Shown here: in pieces, positions 1-13,900 of the stretch
Position numbering within the stretch: position 1 is the stretch's first letter
Layout of the letters: every line of letters begins with the position of its first letter
NCBI GenBank assembly: GCA_051294905.1
Contig: CM119371.1
Location: forward strand, 1,860,001 to 1,924,000
DNA length: 64,000 bases
DNA from: Botryllus schlosseri
Lineage: Eukaryota
Direction: 5' to 3'
Made by a program: the position numbers and the translations under genes
Notes under the pieces: model-generated
What the model saw: only the letters and a program-made list of their open reading frames with translations
The model's database searches: none
What the model was told of the DNA's origin: nothing

Positions 1-345
1 TAAGCCCTGAGACCACGATTGGTCGCATAGCAGCATATGAAACATATTGGACAAAGCTATGAACGTATAACATATTTCCAAAGTCAGGATCATCCCACAA
101 CAATACCACAAACGGAACCGCAATGAAATCGGTATGTTCGAAATATACCGAAGTATCTTTAACGTGATTCATAACAACAGTCATTATATTATTTGTGGTG
201 GCATAAAAGGTACATATTTGAACTTTGACATATTACATTCTGTTATGACGTCATAAGAAGTGATACTCGAATATTGGACTCGACTCCAAGCTTAGTACGT
301 GATTCAGAATCGAATCACTCAAATACTCGATTCTGCCTAGCCCTA
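1..345. mobile_element. Right part of a TAGGGCTGGGCA-family hAT MITE (left end outside window)
   Basis: Closely matches 35800-36093; ends TGCCTAGCCCTA, a variant of the family TIR. Confidence 0.75.
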
Positions 346-816
346 TAGTTATGATCCGTGAGTATTTTCGCTATGCGATGTCAAAGTCATTTTGTTGGCC
401 TGAAAATCAGATACGCACTTTGTTGATTAGGAGTAGTAATATTCTGTTGCGCATTAATTCATGTCGACATGCACACTCCTGAATTTTGACTATGCTAGCA
501 ATTTTACTTGTTACTCATGCAGGGCATTCTGCAGCGGAACACAGAGTTTGATTACGTAAATGTAGCTAATTTGTCAGAATATCGATGGACAATTTGATCA
601 CCGCCAGACTGATTGATCACACCAATATAGAATTTTACTGCATTGCATTCATTTGATTCATTGCCAATTTACTAGAGAGCGGATTTTTGTTGACGCTACA
701 TAGTTAACTATTTCACTAAATTCGATTACATAGCTCGATATTAATGACACAGTGTGGATATTAAAACATCATATCAGTGGGTAAATACTGTACATCTTTG
801 GGATGAATGCAGAGTA

Positions 817-1665
817 GAGCCGTTCAAAATTTTTTTTCTTCAGATTCCACTGGCTATGTGATAAAATTGTCGGGTTGGTTAAAACAACGCTATAAACCAA
901 ATTTGGCTTAAGTCCAACCAGTAGAAGCGAGATACTTGCTATAGAAAGTTTTGACATTGTTATTAAAAAACACACAAAAAAAGCCAACATTTTTCTGTCA
1001 ACCCCATAAAATTGTTAGGCTATCAGTAGAGATGATGCATACCAAATTTGGCTCAATTCCAACCACTAGAAGCGAAGTTATTGCAGTAGAAAAATTTCCA
1101 ATTCCATTATTTTATAAGAAATAATTATAGCTTTCAATTCAACATCCATTGTAGTACAATATTTAAACTCAAATACTTTCCGGCAATTTAAAGGGATTTA
1201 AATGGATTTAAAAGCAAAACCAAATATGTTCAACTCCCTTCAGTGTGCCGTTAACTCTTGAAAGAGGCAACAAAAAAGTCTTTGAGTTTAATAAATATTC
1301 TACTACAATGGATTTTGTATTGAAAGCTATATTCAAGTTCTGTTTGAATAAATAAGTAAAGAGTTAGCTACCTTAAAACTTTTTATTCGAATCCAAATTT
1401 TTCTACCACAATAACTTCGCTTCTAGTGGTCGTAATTGAGCAATATTTGGTGTGCATCGTCTCTACTGACAGCCCAACAATTTTATGTTGTTGACAGGAA
1501 AATTTTAAAATTTAATTTTTTTCATGATAAATCCAAAATTTTATACTGCAAGAAAATCACTTCTAGTGGGTGCAATTGACCCAAATATGGTGTGCAGCGT
1601 TGTTTTCGCCAACCTAACAATTCTACAACATATCCGAAGAAATCTGAAGGTTTTTTGAACAGCCC
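817..1665. mobile_element. Foldback MITE, GGGCTGTTCAAAA family
   Basis: Two long arms are reverse complements (AAATTTGGCTCAATTCCAACC... motif); termini GAGCCGTTCAAAA / TTTTGAACAGCCC, flanked by TA at 815-816 and 1666-1667. Confidence 0.75.
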
Positions 1666-1801
1666 TAATGCAGAGAATGTATGTATAATGCTTTCTATCG
1701 CGACTATGGCGTCTCCAATCACGTGTGATTGTCACGTCACAAGTCTACGCAGACCCACAGTGGCTTGTTAGTACACAACGAAATCATATAATCGATCTCA
1801 C

Positions 1802-1906
1802 TTCCCAATCCAATTTTCCAGATAGCGATTCAATCCAACGATGTCCGAGAAGTGAGCGAAGTGCTGTTCCTGAGAAATTATTGAGACGTAAATTCACTTT
1901 CTTCAC
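1802..1906 (-). CDS. NLR exon 5, LRR (VKKVNLRLNNFSGTALRSLLGHRWIESLSGKLDWE)
   Basis: Acceptor CATTACAG, donor GAA|GTGAGA, 105 nt phase 0-0; LxxLxLxxN-like pattern; phase matches the exon 4 donor. Read-through would stop at 1784. Confidence 0.6.
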
Positions 1907-4900
1907 CTGTAATGATGAATGAAATATGAATACAATGTCTGCCAATATCATGTCAAACCAACACAACTTTGCACAGACTTATTCAGGGCATATTTTGGAA
2001 TCTGAGTATGTTCAACATCATTGCGATCCCCATAATAAAAGCAAACGACCCTAGGTTTAGAGCCACGGTCTTTTACTAATCCATTCAAACGGCTTCAATC
2101 AATTCTAGGAATACACCGTACTCTATAATTAAGATTACGATTTGATTTCAGTGAATCATGGCTAATTTTAGTAACTATAAATTTCTTTTTTGCGAGCAAG
2201 GCGGCAGCAGTAGGATTAACTGTAATTTGTAATTGAGCTGCATGTACTTACTTAATTTTTTTCATTTTATTTTAATTGTCATTGAAGCATTTCTATTCTG
2301 TGCATTGTAATTGTAATTTGTTAAAAATTATACTAATTACAATTTCAATAGCATTGTTATTGAAACCTGACAATCACAACATGAAATAATTAGCCCATTA
2401 ACATGGGTGTTCTATGCGTACCTTGTTAACTAATTCAGTCATAGTAAACTGTTTCCCATAGGCCAACTTCAGCTCGAACAGAAAACTTGGTGAATTACAA
2501 TATAGGCTATTGAACAAAATCCTACTATTTCATTATTGGACGAAAAGCAAATGAACTCTTCTGTAACCTGTGCTGAACCATTTCCTACACCACAGTCAGC
2601 GTTCTTTTAAATCTCTTTTAATCTCTTTAATCTCTCTGAGGCATACTGCAGCTATTGCAAAAAGATATTCAAGTTTTCAACCAAGACTTCATCACGCTAG
2701 ATAACACATTTGTAGAGATGTTATCCCAGTCTTATCTCCTATCTTAGCTTAATTTACTGGGGCCAGAACCTTTTTGCATCCTAATGTTCATCAAATGCAG
2801 TCGAACAGTTTGAGCAAGTGAAAATGTAACTGCGAACCAAAATTTTGTAAGTGGTACTTATGAGAAGCTTCTTTACTTTTGCATTCATTTTAATTTCACA
2901 CACCTTATCGGTATCATTCTTATTACCTTACTAATTACATTTCATTCACCTTACTCAGCTCTGAGTATTCGCTTGAGTACAATTCATTGACTGTCGTGTA
3001 TCCTATTCGCTATTAGTCGTTGCCAGTCACTCGAACTTTTGATTGTAAGTAGTCGCTTACAAAAATTTTCTTTTTTTATATATTTTTCAGAGCCAATGAC
3101 TAGGAATACTTTGAATACGTTCAAGTTTTTTTTTTATCAAAGGGTATTCTACGTAGTACGAATCATGAATGAAACATGAATAGCTTGAGATTGTTGCTAA
3201 ATATGTCGCTACAGTTGTCAAAGAGCACCTCTCTAGCAAATCAATCAGACTTTTACCAGTAATTGTAATTATAATTGTACTTACTTACATGTTTAACAGT
3301 AATTGTAATCGTAGTCAGGGTTCTAAAGACTCGAGTCACGATTTTCTGATGACTCGACTTGACTCGAGTCATTTTTGCAAAATTCCGAAATGACTCGACT
3401 CAACTCGAGTCAGTCAACCAAGTCATATGACTCGAGACTCAGACGGCCAAGATCGACATTTTATTGTAATCTCAAAGAATAGTGACCACGCTATTGGGAT
3501 TTCGTCTATTGGAAATGGTACTTCAAGATGTGACCAGAAACTGCTACAAGTGAGGAAAATTATTATATTATAAATGCAAACCATTCAATATCAACAAACT
3601 GGGTTATACGGTAATAAGTGGGTTACCAAGACTTTAACTGGAAGCTGAGGCGTCAACACAATGACTTGGACTCGAGTCAAAATGCCATGACTCGGACTCC
3701 ACCCTCTTATTGCTGACTTGAACTCGGTGTTGAGTTGAAAATGACTCGACCTGACTCGAGTCAAAACTATGAAAATGAGATTAACTTGTTACTCGGAGCC
3801 TTCGTGACTAGGTTACAACCCTGATTGTAGTTATAATTTTATATTTTTAGCATAGAGTAATCTTAATCATAATGTAATTAAAACATGCAATAAAGTAATT
3901 GTAATTGAATTGAATCAAAGTAATTGATTCAACTCTGTAGGTGGCCTAATATTCAAATTATTACACAGTGTACTAAGGAAAAAATTTCAGTAGCATAAAG
4001 CTGCTATTATTGTTTATGTTTATTTGGAAAAGATTTTGAGCGTACTTCAAGCCTTCAACATTGTGGACTTAGAGCCATATATTAGAATTTCCTTCCGGAC
4101 GCAACCTTAACAGTGAAGTTCCGAACATGTCCGGGAAAATCCGGACGTATGGCAATCCGAATGTATACCTCAATCCACAATCGCGGCAATACCCGTTCTA
4201 CTGTTCGGGAACATGTCCCGTATTCGAAATAACTTGAAAATTTCGGACAATCATCCATGCTCACTTTTTTCAACAAAAGCAATGTTATTGTGATGCAACG
4301 ATGCGTTCAGAAAATATCCCCACAGCACTGTGATGATCAAAATCAGTGGTGTCGAAGAAAACGAATGTTGAGTAATATTGATAGGCCAAATTATACCCAC
4401 TCTAGTGGCAAAATGTGCGCAGAGTCTACAGGTTTATGTAAAATGTATCGCTATGTAGTTCTTCATAGAAGCGAAAACGCAATGCAAAACTGTTATATTC
4501 AGGTCACACGGAGAATAAAAAGTGACAAAAAGTTTTGATATCTGTTTTTGCAGCGCTATGTCAGTTTTGGGTCAAACGGTCCCTGGCCCCCACAGAAACC
4601 TGAAATAGATTTGAATATTGTTGAACCAAATTCCAACGTCACCGTTTATAGTTAAATCTATCTTATTCCTCACAACATATAGTCACTACAGTTTTCACGA
4701 CTCCGACTACATCGCGAGAAAATTAGCCAAACTCCGACTCCGACTTCAAAGCCCTGGTTACAACCTGTCATAATCCCAACTCAAATTATCCCATAATCAA
4801 TTTTATATCGACTTTATTTTGATTACAGACATAGCATACAATTAACGTAGGCTAGCCAGGATGAACATATGAACACTAAACTAGCCTTCAAAGAAAAAAT

Positions 4901-7900
4901 GTTTAATTACAAATTCCAAGCAACTTTTCGCCGTCCGCATATTTCGCCTGCGGCCCTCAAATGCCAAGGTCTGCTCTAAGATAATTTACAAGCTTTGGGG
5001 GAACCCCTAATTTTCAGTCAGTCACTAAAACCAAACCAACCACATTACACAATCAATTACATTACTTACATTGTTAGTTGTGTTTTAGCTAGTTGCGGAT
5101 TTTTAAAGTTCATTAGTTCTCGTCGGGGTTGCATCTAAAACAAACAGTGTTTTAAAAAACATTGTCTAAAACAGAGGTCTCAAACTCAAATGCGTTCGCG
5201 GGCCAATTTCTTAGTTTTGATGACGCCGCGGGCCGCACCACCAAAATAGGGATATTCAACGCAGATTTTCCAAGAAGCCTTACTTGACGGGAGCTTGAAG
5301 ACTGGCATTCCAGAAACATCATTAATATGTATTTTGCTATTGTAATATTCTTGCTAAACACTGGAAAAAGTCATATTCTCAAATATTTGAATAAAGTTGA
5401 TTTTATGCCGGGCATGCGAGAGGATGCATCATGACCAATATTCCCTCTAAGTTGCGCACGTGCGCAAATGCTAAGTGCTGAAAAGGTCTCTGCGCACAGA
5501 AAATCCAAGTTGCGCATAAAAAATCCGAAGTTATGACCTTTTTTTTAGTCGTTACTTACTCTTGTCCAAGGGTCTGCGCAGTGAGTTGGTGAGTCTGGGC
5601 AGATGCGTCAAAAATTAGAGGGAGCATTGATCATGACACCGTCAAACTGTCGGGTTATAATATTGCAACTATAGTGGACCTTTGACGTGCCACAATTTTA
5701 TGTATAATATTTTAAAATCTACTGAAGATTGATATGATATCAGAGCATTTGAGCGGTGTAGCCGAATCCGGGTTATGATATAGTTGTAATAAGTAGGCTA
5801 TTGTTACTATGTCGTTGTCAAAGTCAAATTAAATCAGCGTTAGATTTTGCATTCGAATAATATTGTAAAATATCGATAACAACTTGAATATAATCATTAT
5901 TGAGACACAGTAATAGCATTGTTTCGTACCCTTAGCTATCGTACCCCTCGTGCTTCCAATAAGATTTCTCGTAGCCCCTGTTCATTTTCAACACAATTTC
6001 TGATTGTGCCTATATTAAAATTGGAAAGCCCATACACATAAAATCGCGCGTAGCGCGAAAACCATTTTCTAGTTGCGTAAATTGGCCAAGAAAGTATTCC
6101 CCAGAATATAGGCCTAATTCCACAATCCACAATGCATCTCGTACCTCATGATGTGGTGCTCCGTACCCCGAAGGCATCTACGGATCCTGCTTAAGAATAG
6201 AAATGTATACCTTAAGCAACACAAGCTACCACCATTTGATATATTACAATTTCTCATGACAGTTTCATAGATTGTTACGTCAGTAGGATTGCCTAGTCAC
6301 CTTTACGCGCCGAAAGTCCTTTCTAATTTTAACGTTTGACTCTATCGACTCAACTCGAGTCCTTTTTATTTAATTACCCAGTCAATCCGAAATCGAGTAA
6401 TTTTAGGTAAGATCGCACAAAACCAAATCAGAATATTTTCAGTCACGAATCATCAACGGGTCATGTTTTATGATTATGAACTAGACATGTGACGTACTAG
6501 CTGATCTTCTACAGCATGGTAGCTTTTAAAAGTGATGTGATAGTGTAGTTTGTTGAGATTTCAGTGTTTTTATAGACGCTTTAGGTTGAACTTCAAGTTC
6601 TTATATCTGATAAAGATATGTGGCACTGAAATATATTGTCGAATACTTCAAATTCCAAAATTCCGTCGCGGGCCGCACAAAATGATCTCGCAGGCCGCGT
6701 GTTTGAGACCTCTGGTCTAAAACATGTTTTAAACAGTGTTGTAAACAGAAGTCGTTAGAAATAAAATTGTGTAAAGTTATGCCATAGGTGCGTAAATACT
6801 TTCCAAAAAACATTGTATGGTATGAGCCAAAGAACAATTACGACCCAATATAACCGACGTACATCAATATTGGGTGGTTGGAACTCTAGAAATAGGCGGT
6901 TCAACAGTAATAGTACATATATTTCGTCAAAGGAACTATATTCATCCTATAGTTTCAATTATCGATGCCAATCCATTATGACGTCACAATTGGATATTCA
7001 TGAAGTCGTGACTTGAAAAAAAAATTTAAAAAACATGCTTTTAACAAGAGCTTTGTTCATATCATGTTTGGTTTAAATTGATTTTTGTTTTAAATGCAAC
7101 CCTAGTTTTAGTTATAGTTCTAGTTGTCGGATTTGAAAGTGAGTTGCCAGGATGAGTGAACGAATTTTTTAAACTTCAAAAATGATTATATTGGTATTTT
7201 CTGTCGATTCTCATGAAGATTTTGAACATTTTTACTCTCAAAATCACACAATATGAACAGTTATTGTTTGACAATAAAGCGTGGAATGAGAGGTAAGGCA
7301 CAGGACGGGCCAAGCCTCCTTTTTATTAGCGCAATATTTCATCGTAAATAGCTTTGAATCTATAACCGATGTTAATCGGATTAAATTGTCACACTGATTC
7401 CGAAAATCTAGATATTGATCGTCTTCTCAATTCTAAAAGTATTCGACGGTTTGTAAGTTGAATTTGTAAACGTGCATGTCACTTGCACGGCAGTTCATTT
7501 GTCGCAGCAGATCCAGACGGAAAGTAAATTGGGTCATTTTGATTCACAAATGATTTACGACATTACAGGAATTTCAAACTACGCTAAGATACTATATTTC
7601 ATAAGATTTGTTTGACAAACACTGCGCACTTCTGCGTTTTCGGTGTACGCAGATCGTGCAGCACGCGTGAAGATAGTTCTACTGGCAACCACCCGCAGTT
7701 CAAATCTATATATAGTTCCAAGCTTTCACCAAACCGGTATGATTACCTCTAGGGCTGGAAAATCTGTTTACTGATATAGTTTTATCAACTTTACTTCTCA
7801 ATTCTCAAATTGGCATGTAACAACGTTTTGCCACAAGCCCATATTTCAACGCCAGTGCAGGCACGTTATCTAACAGTCACAATATGGATGGCTAGTTCCT

Positions 7901-10900
7901 AATTCGGATTGGTCAACGTAAACATCACTTCCAAACGAGTTCATTTCTTTGTTGTGATAAGTACGATAATGAGGATTTGAAAATTGCATTATTACAGGGG
8001 CACCGCCATGTATGCTCTTCTCTGCGACGAATAAACATATTGTGCAAAACCTAATCCAGCCTTCAAAGCAATATGGCGTTGAAAGCGAACTACGGTTAGA
8101 TAATAATTGCCTGCATGACCGCAATTTTGATTTGTCAAATATACAAACTTCACATCGAACCCGATTTAGATTATTGATCGTTTGCTATAGACTAGAAGTA
8201 TTTTTCGTATAATTTCAAAATTTGACGAATCTCTCGCGGCACCCTCGCGAGACGTGAATGACACAAAAGTGTGCGGCAGTACACCGGTTGTAAACCACTG
8301 CCCTAGTCGTTCGTTTACTCTTTCAATCCAAACAACTAGGACGTCTAAATTCACTGTTGCAATTGTTATGCCACGTGGACCTGTATTGGATCACAAATTT
8401 GCTGTGAGTGCGACGTTACTAGTTCCTGAACATTCAGAAAACAATCTGGCTATCAGGTTGTGGGATAATTTTCCCCAATAGCAGGGCTCTAATGACAAGA
8501 GTCATTACTCGACTCGAATCACGATCAAGCCAATGTGACGTCTACTAGTGTCATATATTGCGCACAATTTGCCAATTTTTGCTGCCCAGCAATTAAATTA
8601 CGTCAATCGTCATACGCGCGATCGTTGATTGACTCTGGGTTAGTTTTTTGAGACAGCAGCTGACGTCTATTCTAATTTAGTATTTTGAGAATCTACGCTT
8701 CGAGGTACGGCAATACCTTCGGCCATCGCTTTCGGCTCGTGATATCGATGAAAATACTCATGATATACTTATTCTTATATATCATGTATGTTCATGTTCC
8801 TATAGTTCATTGAGCATGTTGCTACTATATCGTTCCCATCGAATATGATTTTTAAAATTGCTATCATTCCCGCAATAGGCCTAAGGGACGTGAAATTATG
8901 ACACCGAAGCGATTGCAACGAATAGTGTGTATAGCCGGGATAAGTTGCAAATATGCACCATATCTGAAGAGGATAGACTTCACAATAACATGAATTCCAG
9001 ATTAACACAAAATATGGTTTTCCTACGAAAAAAATCATTTAAAAAAGTATGACTCACTTGTATTCGATCTACCAGACACCTTGCAATGATGCCCAAAATC
9101 TCGTCGTCTATATCGCAGTTCAATAAATTCAAAGAACCGAGGCTTTGATTCCTTGCTGCAAGCGATCCAACTATATGAGCTTCATCACGATTCAATGAGA
9201 GGAATGATGCATCGATGACGGCAAGATCTTTCATAAGATTGTCGTCGCCCGATTCGTAGATTGCTGTATAGAGTTCCATGCGAACGTATCTGTCTTCGAA
9301 TTCAGTCTTATCGTGAAGTTGTGAACGGATCGATTGATATAAAGCTTGTTGCTTCTGTTTTGGATCCGAGACTGTCAAGCAATACACAATTCGTAATGTT
9401 TGCCTATTCGTTTACGTAACAATTGAATAATTCACGCGACTGTGATGAGACAGGGTTCAAATGGAGTCATTGAACTTTAATGTCTAGTTCACAATAACAA
9501 GATCATTTCATGCGCATCAATATCGCATGTTCGACTAAGATCGGCTCCAGAATTCATACTCAAGTGTTGGTGGTTTATTTAGGCTCACCCTACGGAAGCT
9601 GTATCTTTCAAAAAGCTTAGAAGTGGGCCGTGCTACAAGTCGGCGGATGCGGAAAAAATGCAAAAAATCGGCCTGGTGCAAATGACACCTTTAGTCGACA
9701 GACACCATAAATACCCGAAACAAACAATGTCACATAGTGATCATCGATGGGCCCTGGTAGCGCTCACGTTCAATAATCTGCGAACTTATGCAGATATTAG
9801 ATGTATAGGTTTTATTCAGCAGACTGCATGTAAAGACTTATTTACCAGACTTGTATGAATTTAAGATCTTTCGACTATTTCACCCCTTCGATTCTAACAA
9901 TACCATCAAAGTCATGATAAAACATAAGCGACCCATAATAATCAGTCGGTGCTGCGGCAGAATAGCCGCGCTAAACCACGACTACTTACCGCTGTGAAGA
10001 TCATTGTTAGATTTCATGTAAACGATGCCTGTAACGAATCTTCGAACCACGGACCATCGTTTCTCATGTAGATGTTGGACATCAAAGCGAATGAACATTT
10101 CGTGCTCCATTTCCGAGATAAAACTAGCTGCCAGAAATTCCTGCATGCTTTGATGACAGAAGAAGAATGTGAAGTCGCCTTCCATCAAGTGACGGCTGAG
10201 GATGTTGTTGTCAGGCACTTTAGTCATCAAATCATGTACTTCGTCCGTGGATAGTCCAAACCGATCCAAATCTGCTTTGTAGAACACGACTCGTCCCTCT
10301 TTCATGCCTTCAAACGCCATTGCCTTCAATTTGTTGATAATCGAGAAGATTTGCTTACGGTTCCGGATGTTTTCCACACTCCGTAAGACTAACATGATCC
10401 TGCTGTACAGTTCTGTCACAGTAGACGGAGGAGGTCTATCTGGATTAATTCCCATCACCACTGCTATCAATATCAGGAAAACCGGGACCGATACAAGTTG
10501 TAATAATCGCGGTGACATGATTTCAATCTTTTTCCAGAGACGCTGCCCGTTCTCACAGAGCAGAAAAGTAAACAGTTTATAAGCGTCTTGCAGTGTGAGA
10601 CCATTGAGTGTGATTATTTCTTCTGGACGTGCCTCTGCCGGTAACTCGGAGACTTTGAATTCACGTGACGCCACTATGATTTTGACATGGCGAAGGATTC
10701 TGCGTGATAGGATGTTGTACATGATGGTTGAGGTGCTCGCTTTATCAAAGGTTTCGATATTTCGTATGATAGACTCCTCAAAGTCCCACTTTACTTGATC
10801 AAGCCCGTCAAAAATGATAATTGCTTCGGATTGATTCTCCAGCAGCCATTTGAAAGATTCATCCTCTTCATACTCAGTTGCAAACAGACCGCCGAATAGA

Positions 10901-13900
10901 AATTTAGATGCTTTTATGGAGTTCTCTTCTTTCATGTTCTTCAATTCGACGTAATGTATCATTTTTCGCTTCGGTTTCGGTTCGGGAAAGATTCCGAGAG
11001 CCCTTCGGGCAACTCTATGGAATATATTGGATATCCTGAGCGGAACGGCTTCATCCTTTTCCTTTGCGGAGGGAATTTCGAGGGCTTTCCGTGCAATTCT
11101 ACGCACGAGAGTAGTTTTGCCCGATCCTGCAGAGGCGACAATTGCAGTGTAACCAACTTTATTGTCATGAGGTAATTTCTCGGACTTTGAAAGCCATTCC
11201 ATTATATCTTCCATTGTTATCGGTTTACCTTCATTTTCGGATTGACGGTAAAACCCGACTTCCTCTATCAACTGACTTCCAGATTCACGAACTGATTCGC
11301 CATTTGAAGATTTTTTTTCGCGAAGACGGCCTTTGTAGTATTCTTCAGCATTAGACTTTTTCATCTGTGGGAAAACTTCGAAATCAGGTTCGTGAAGAAA
11401 TTCATTCTTGAAGTCTTCGCGAATGCCATTTGCGGTTTCTTGTAGAGTATGGTCGTTTATAACCTTTATTAATTTCCAGTAACCTACGCCTGCAGAAAAA
11501 AAAATATTGTAACTTTTATGAAGTATTGCGCAAAATTTAAAGGAGTATTTTAAAAAATATGCTATAAAACTATTTCTGGTAACGTTCTCTTTCGGTTCGG
11601 TTTGTTAGCAATTCTGGTCAGCTCAATGCACCACAAAATTGTGATACAATGAAAAGATAGGAAGGTGTCGAAACCACATGGAGTAGTCTTCGGAATCAGA
11701 CACACACCTTGGCCTAGGCCAGGGATGGCTAACCTTTTCGGCTGAAGGGCCACATAAAATTTACGAAGCATTGCGCGGGCCACATGTTGATGTCCTTTTA
11801 GTCGTCTGATAAGAGCGAAACGGATTAGGTAAAGGTAAAAAGGAATTATATTACTATAAACAACAGAATCGATAATACTTATGTCACGAACATGAATTTT
11901 CTCAAAAGTAATGAAAGATAGATCAATAAAATAATTGTATATTGAAGATCTGTACCTCCAAGAAGCTCTTCAAAATAATGTTAGTTGCATATATTGTGGT
12001 GGGTCGTTCCTGTATACTGCTGGGCTCATTTAGCCAGGACATGATTAATCGGCGCTTGGACATATCAATATCGAGAGTTTCAGTGATCGTGCGTCCATCA
12101 CTTTGTGCAAAGTTTCATCGCCGACGATCTCTCCGAGAGCGCAGACGCCAAGTCGCATGTCGGACCACACCACACATTCTCGCATAATTTTCGATATAGT
12201 TACACTCAATTCCGTAAATAAGACGTATTTTGATTTCCATGATAAGGCCACAATACTAAAAGCAATAGATCGCACACAGTGGTGTAAAATATTAAGTCAA
12301 ATAAATCTGATAAATCTGAAATATTCTAGTTTATGGTCATATACGAAGATCTACGAAAATGTGGATGACCCCTGGCTACGCCAATACGTCGGAACTGATA
12401 CTTTAGTTATAAACGTCCCAATGTCCGCGGCCAGGCTAATCATATTTCCGGTTGCTCTTGCAAGTTCACTATAAATTACCTGGCTAATTCATTTTTTTAT
12501 ATTATAAGTAATTTCAAGAATTGCCTCGCGAGCCATTCAAAACCTTCACGCGGGTCACGGGTAGGTCGGCCCTGGCCTAGTCGATGTAAAGAGGAGGCAT
12601 GTACACTGAATGAGGAGCAAAAGTAGTACAGAAAAAAGTAAGCGAAAAAATGGAGTGGCATTTCACTGAAAACGAGATCGATAGTCAGTACCACCATCAG
12701 TTCTGCTCGAGTTGCTCAACAAATAGCTATGTGATGGATTAGCTGCATCCTAATGGTATCTATGGCACAACGGCTTGCAAGCAAGAAGTTCAAAAACCAC
12801 ATCCAGAGACGACAGTGCCTGATCTCTCTATATATATATACAATAAATCGCTTGATTTATTCACCTTCGTTTCAATCTTCGTTTCACTTCGGACGCTCAA
12901 GCGAGACCGCTGACAATGACACTTTCATTGGGTTACCATTTCAGGCTACTGATTTTGTTAAAGTTGTGAACACTACGTTTTGCTGCAATGCCTTCGGTCA
13001 AGTTTGCAGATCTAGGGGGTTTCAGGTGCGTGGTACTTGACTTGTCTTATGGTTATGCATGGATTTTCGCGGAAAATTACTTCCGCGTGTTGCGTTACTT
13101 TCTTGCTGCGTACCGGCAAAACATGTAAGTTTCAGCGGTCTAGCCAGGCCGTTCGTGAAATAAGAAAGTACCATATATGACAGCTCTGCGCGCATGAGGG
13201 GTCAGCGGAATGCTGTCTTGTAGTTTCAAATCCAAAGAACATAAAATTGTATTCATGATTGATTGAATAACGAAGAATGAAGCTAAAAAAAACAGACAAC
13301 CTGCAAATCTTAAACTTTCCGAGTATCTACTACCCTAATTCTAATATATCAAAAAATTATAAATGCAAATCTTTACTGCAACTTTCCAAATGCAACAAAA
13401 ACTTTCCATAGTAATAATCAAATTTTCTTATGTAGAGAGCAGGGGTTCTCAAAGGCTTGGCCAATGGCCATGGCCAACTGGTGGGCCACATTAGTAATGT
13501 AAGCAGAGGTGGTCAGTAACGAAGTACTTCTACTTTTTGAAGTACTTGAAGTAGATTTTTCCTACTCACACTACTTTTTAAGTAGTTATGATTTCAGACT
13601 ACTTCTACTTCTACTTGCCAATTTTCATTTTTTAGGCAAAAATAAACGTAGAATACCTACTTACTTACTTACTTGGTGAACCATAACGCCTACTTCTACT
13701 TGAGTAGTAATTCCGGCGTTACTTCTACTTCTACTTGAGTAGCGACGGTGACTACTTTGATCACCTCTGAATGTAACGTACCATGATTTTTATCGACAGC
13801 TATTACTTTGATGTCTTGAAATTGACACATGAATTTTGCTCCCAGTCACGAGTCAATCGGCATTTCTGATAAGCTGGGTCAAGTCATGTCAAGTCATTTT

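Noticed and set aside
3316-3823. GACTCGAGTC arrays (here and elsewhere) as CRISPR repeats
   Set aside because: No constant repeat with unique spacers and no cas genes; the arrays are subterminal repeats of TSD-flanked eukaryotic MITEs.
8775-8966. IWCIFATYPG... as the NLR exon after exon 4
   Set aside because: Phase fits but there is no LRR pattern; the exon at 1906-1802 has one. Not fully excluded.
11942-12474. ORFs, including a minus-strand stretch that looks helical like a death domain, as an NLR N-terminal exon
   Set aside because: The region lies wholly inside a TIR- and TSD-bounded hAT (11720-12574), needs a frameshift, and its donor is phase 0 while NLR exon 3 needs phase 1.
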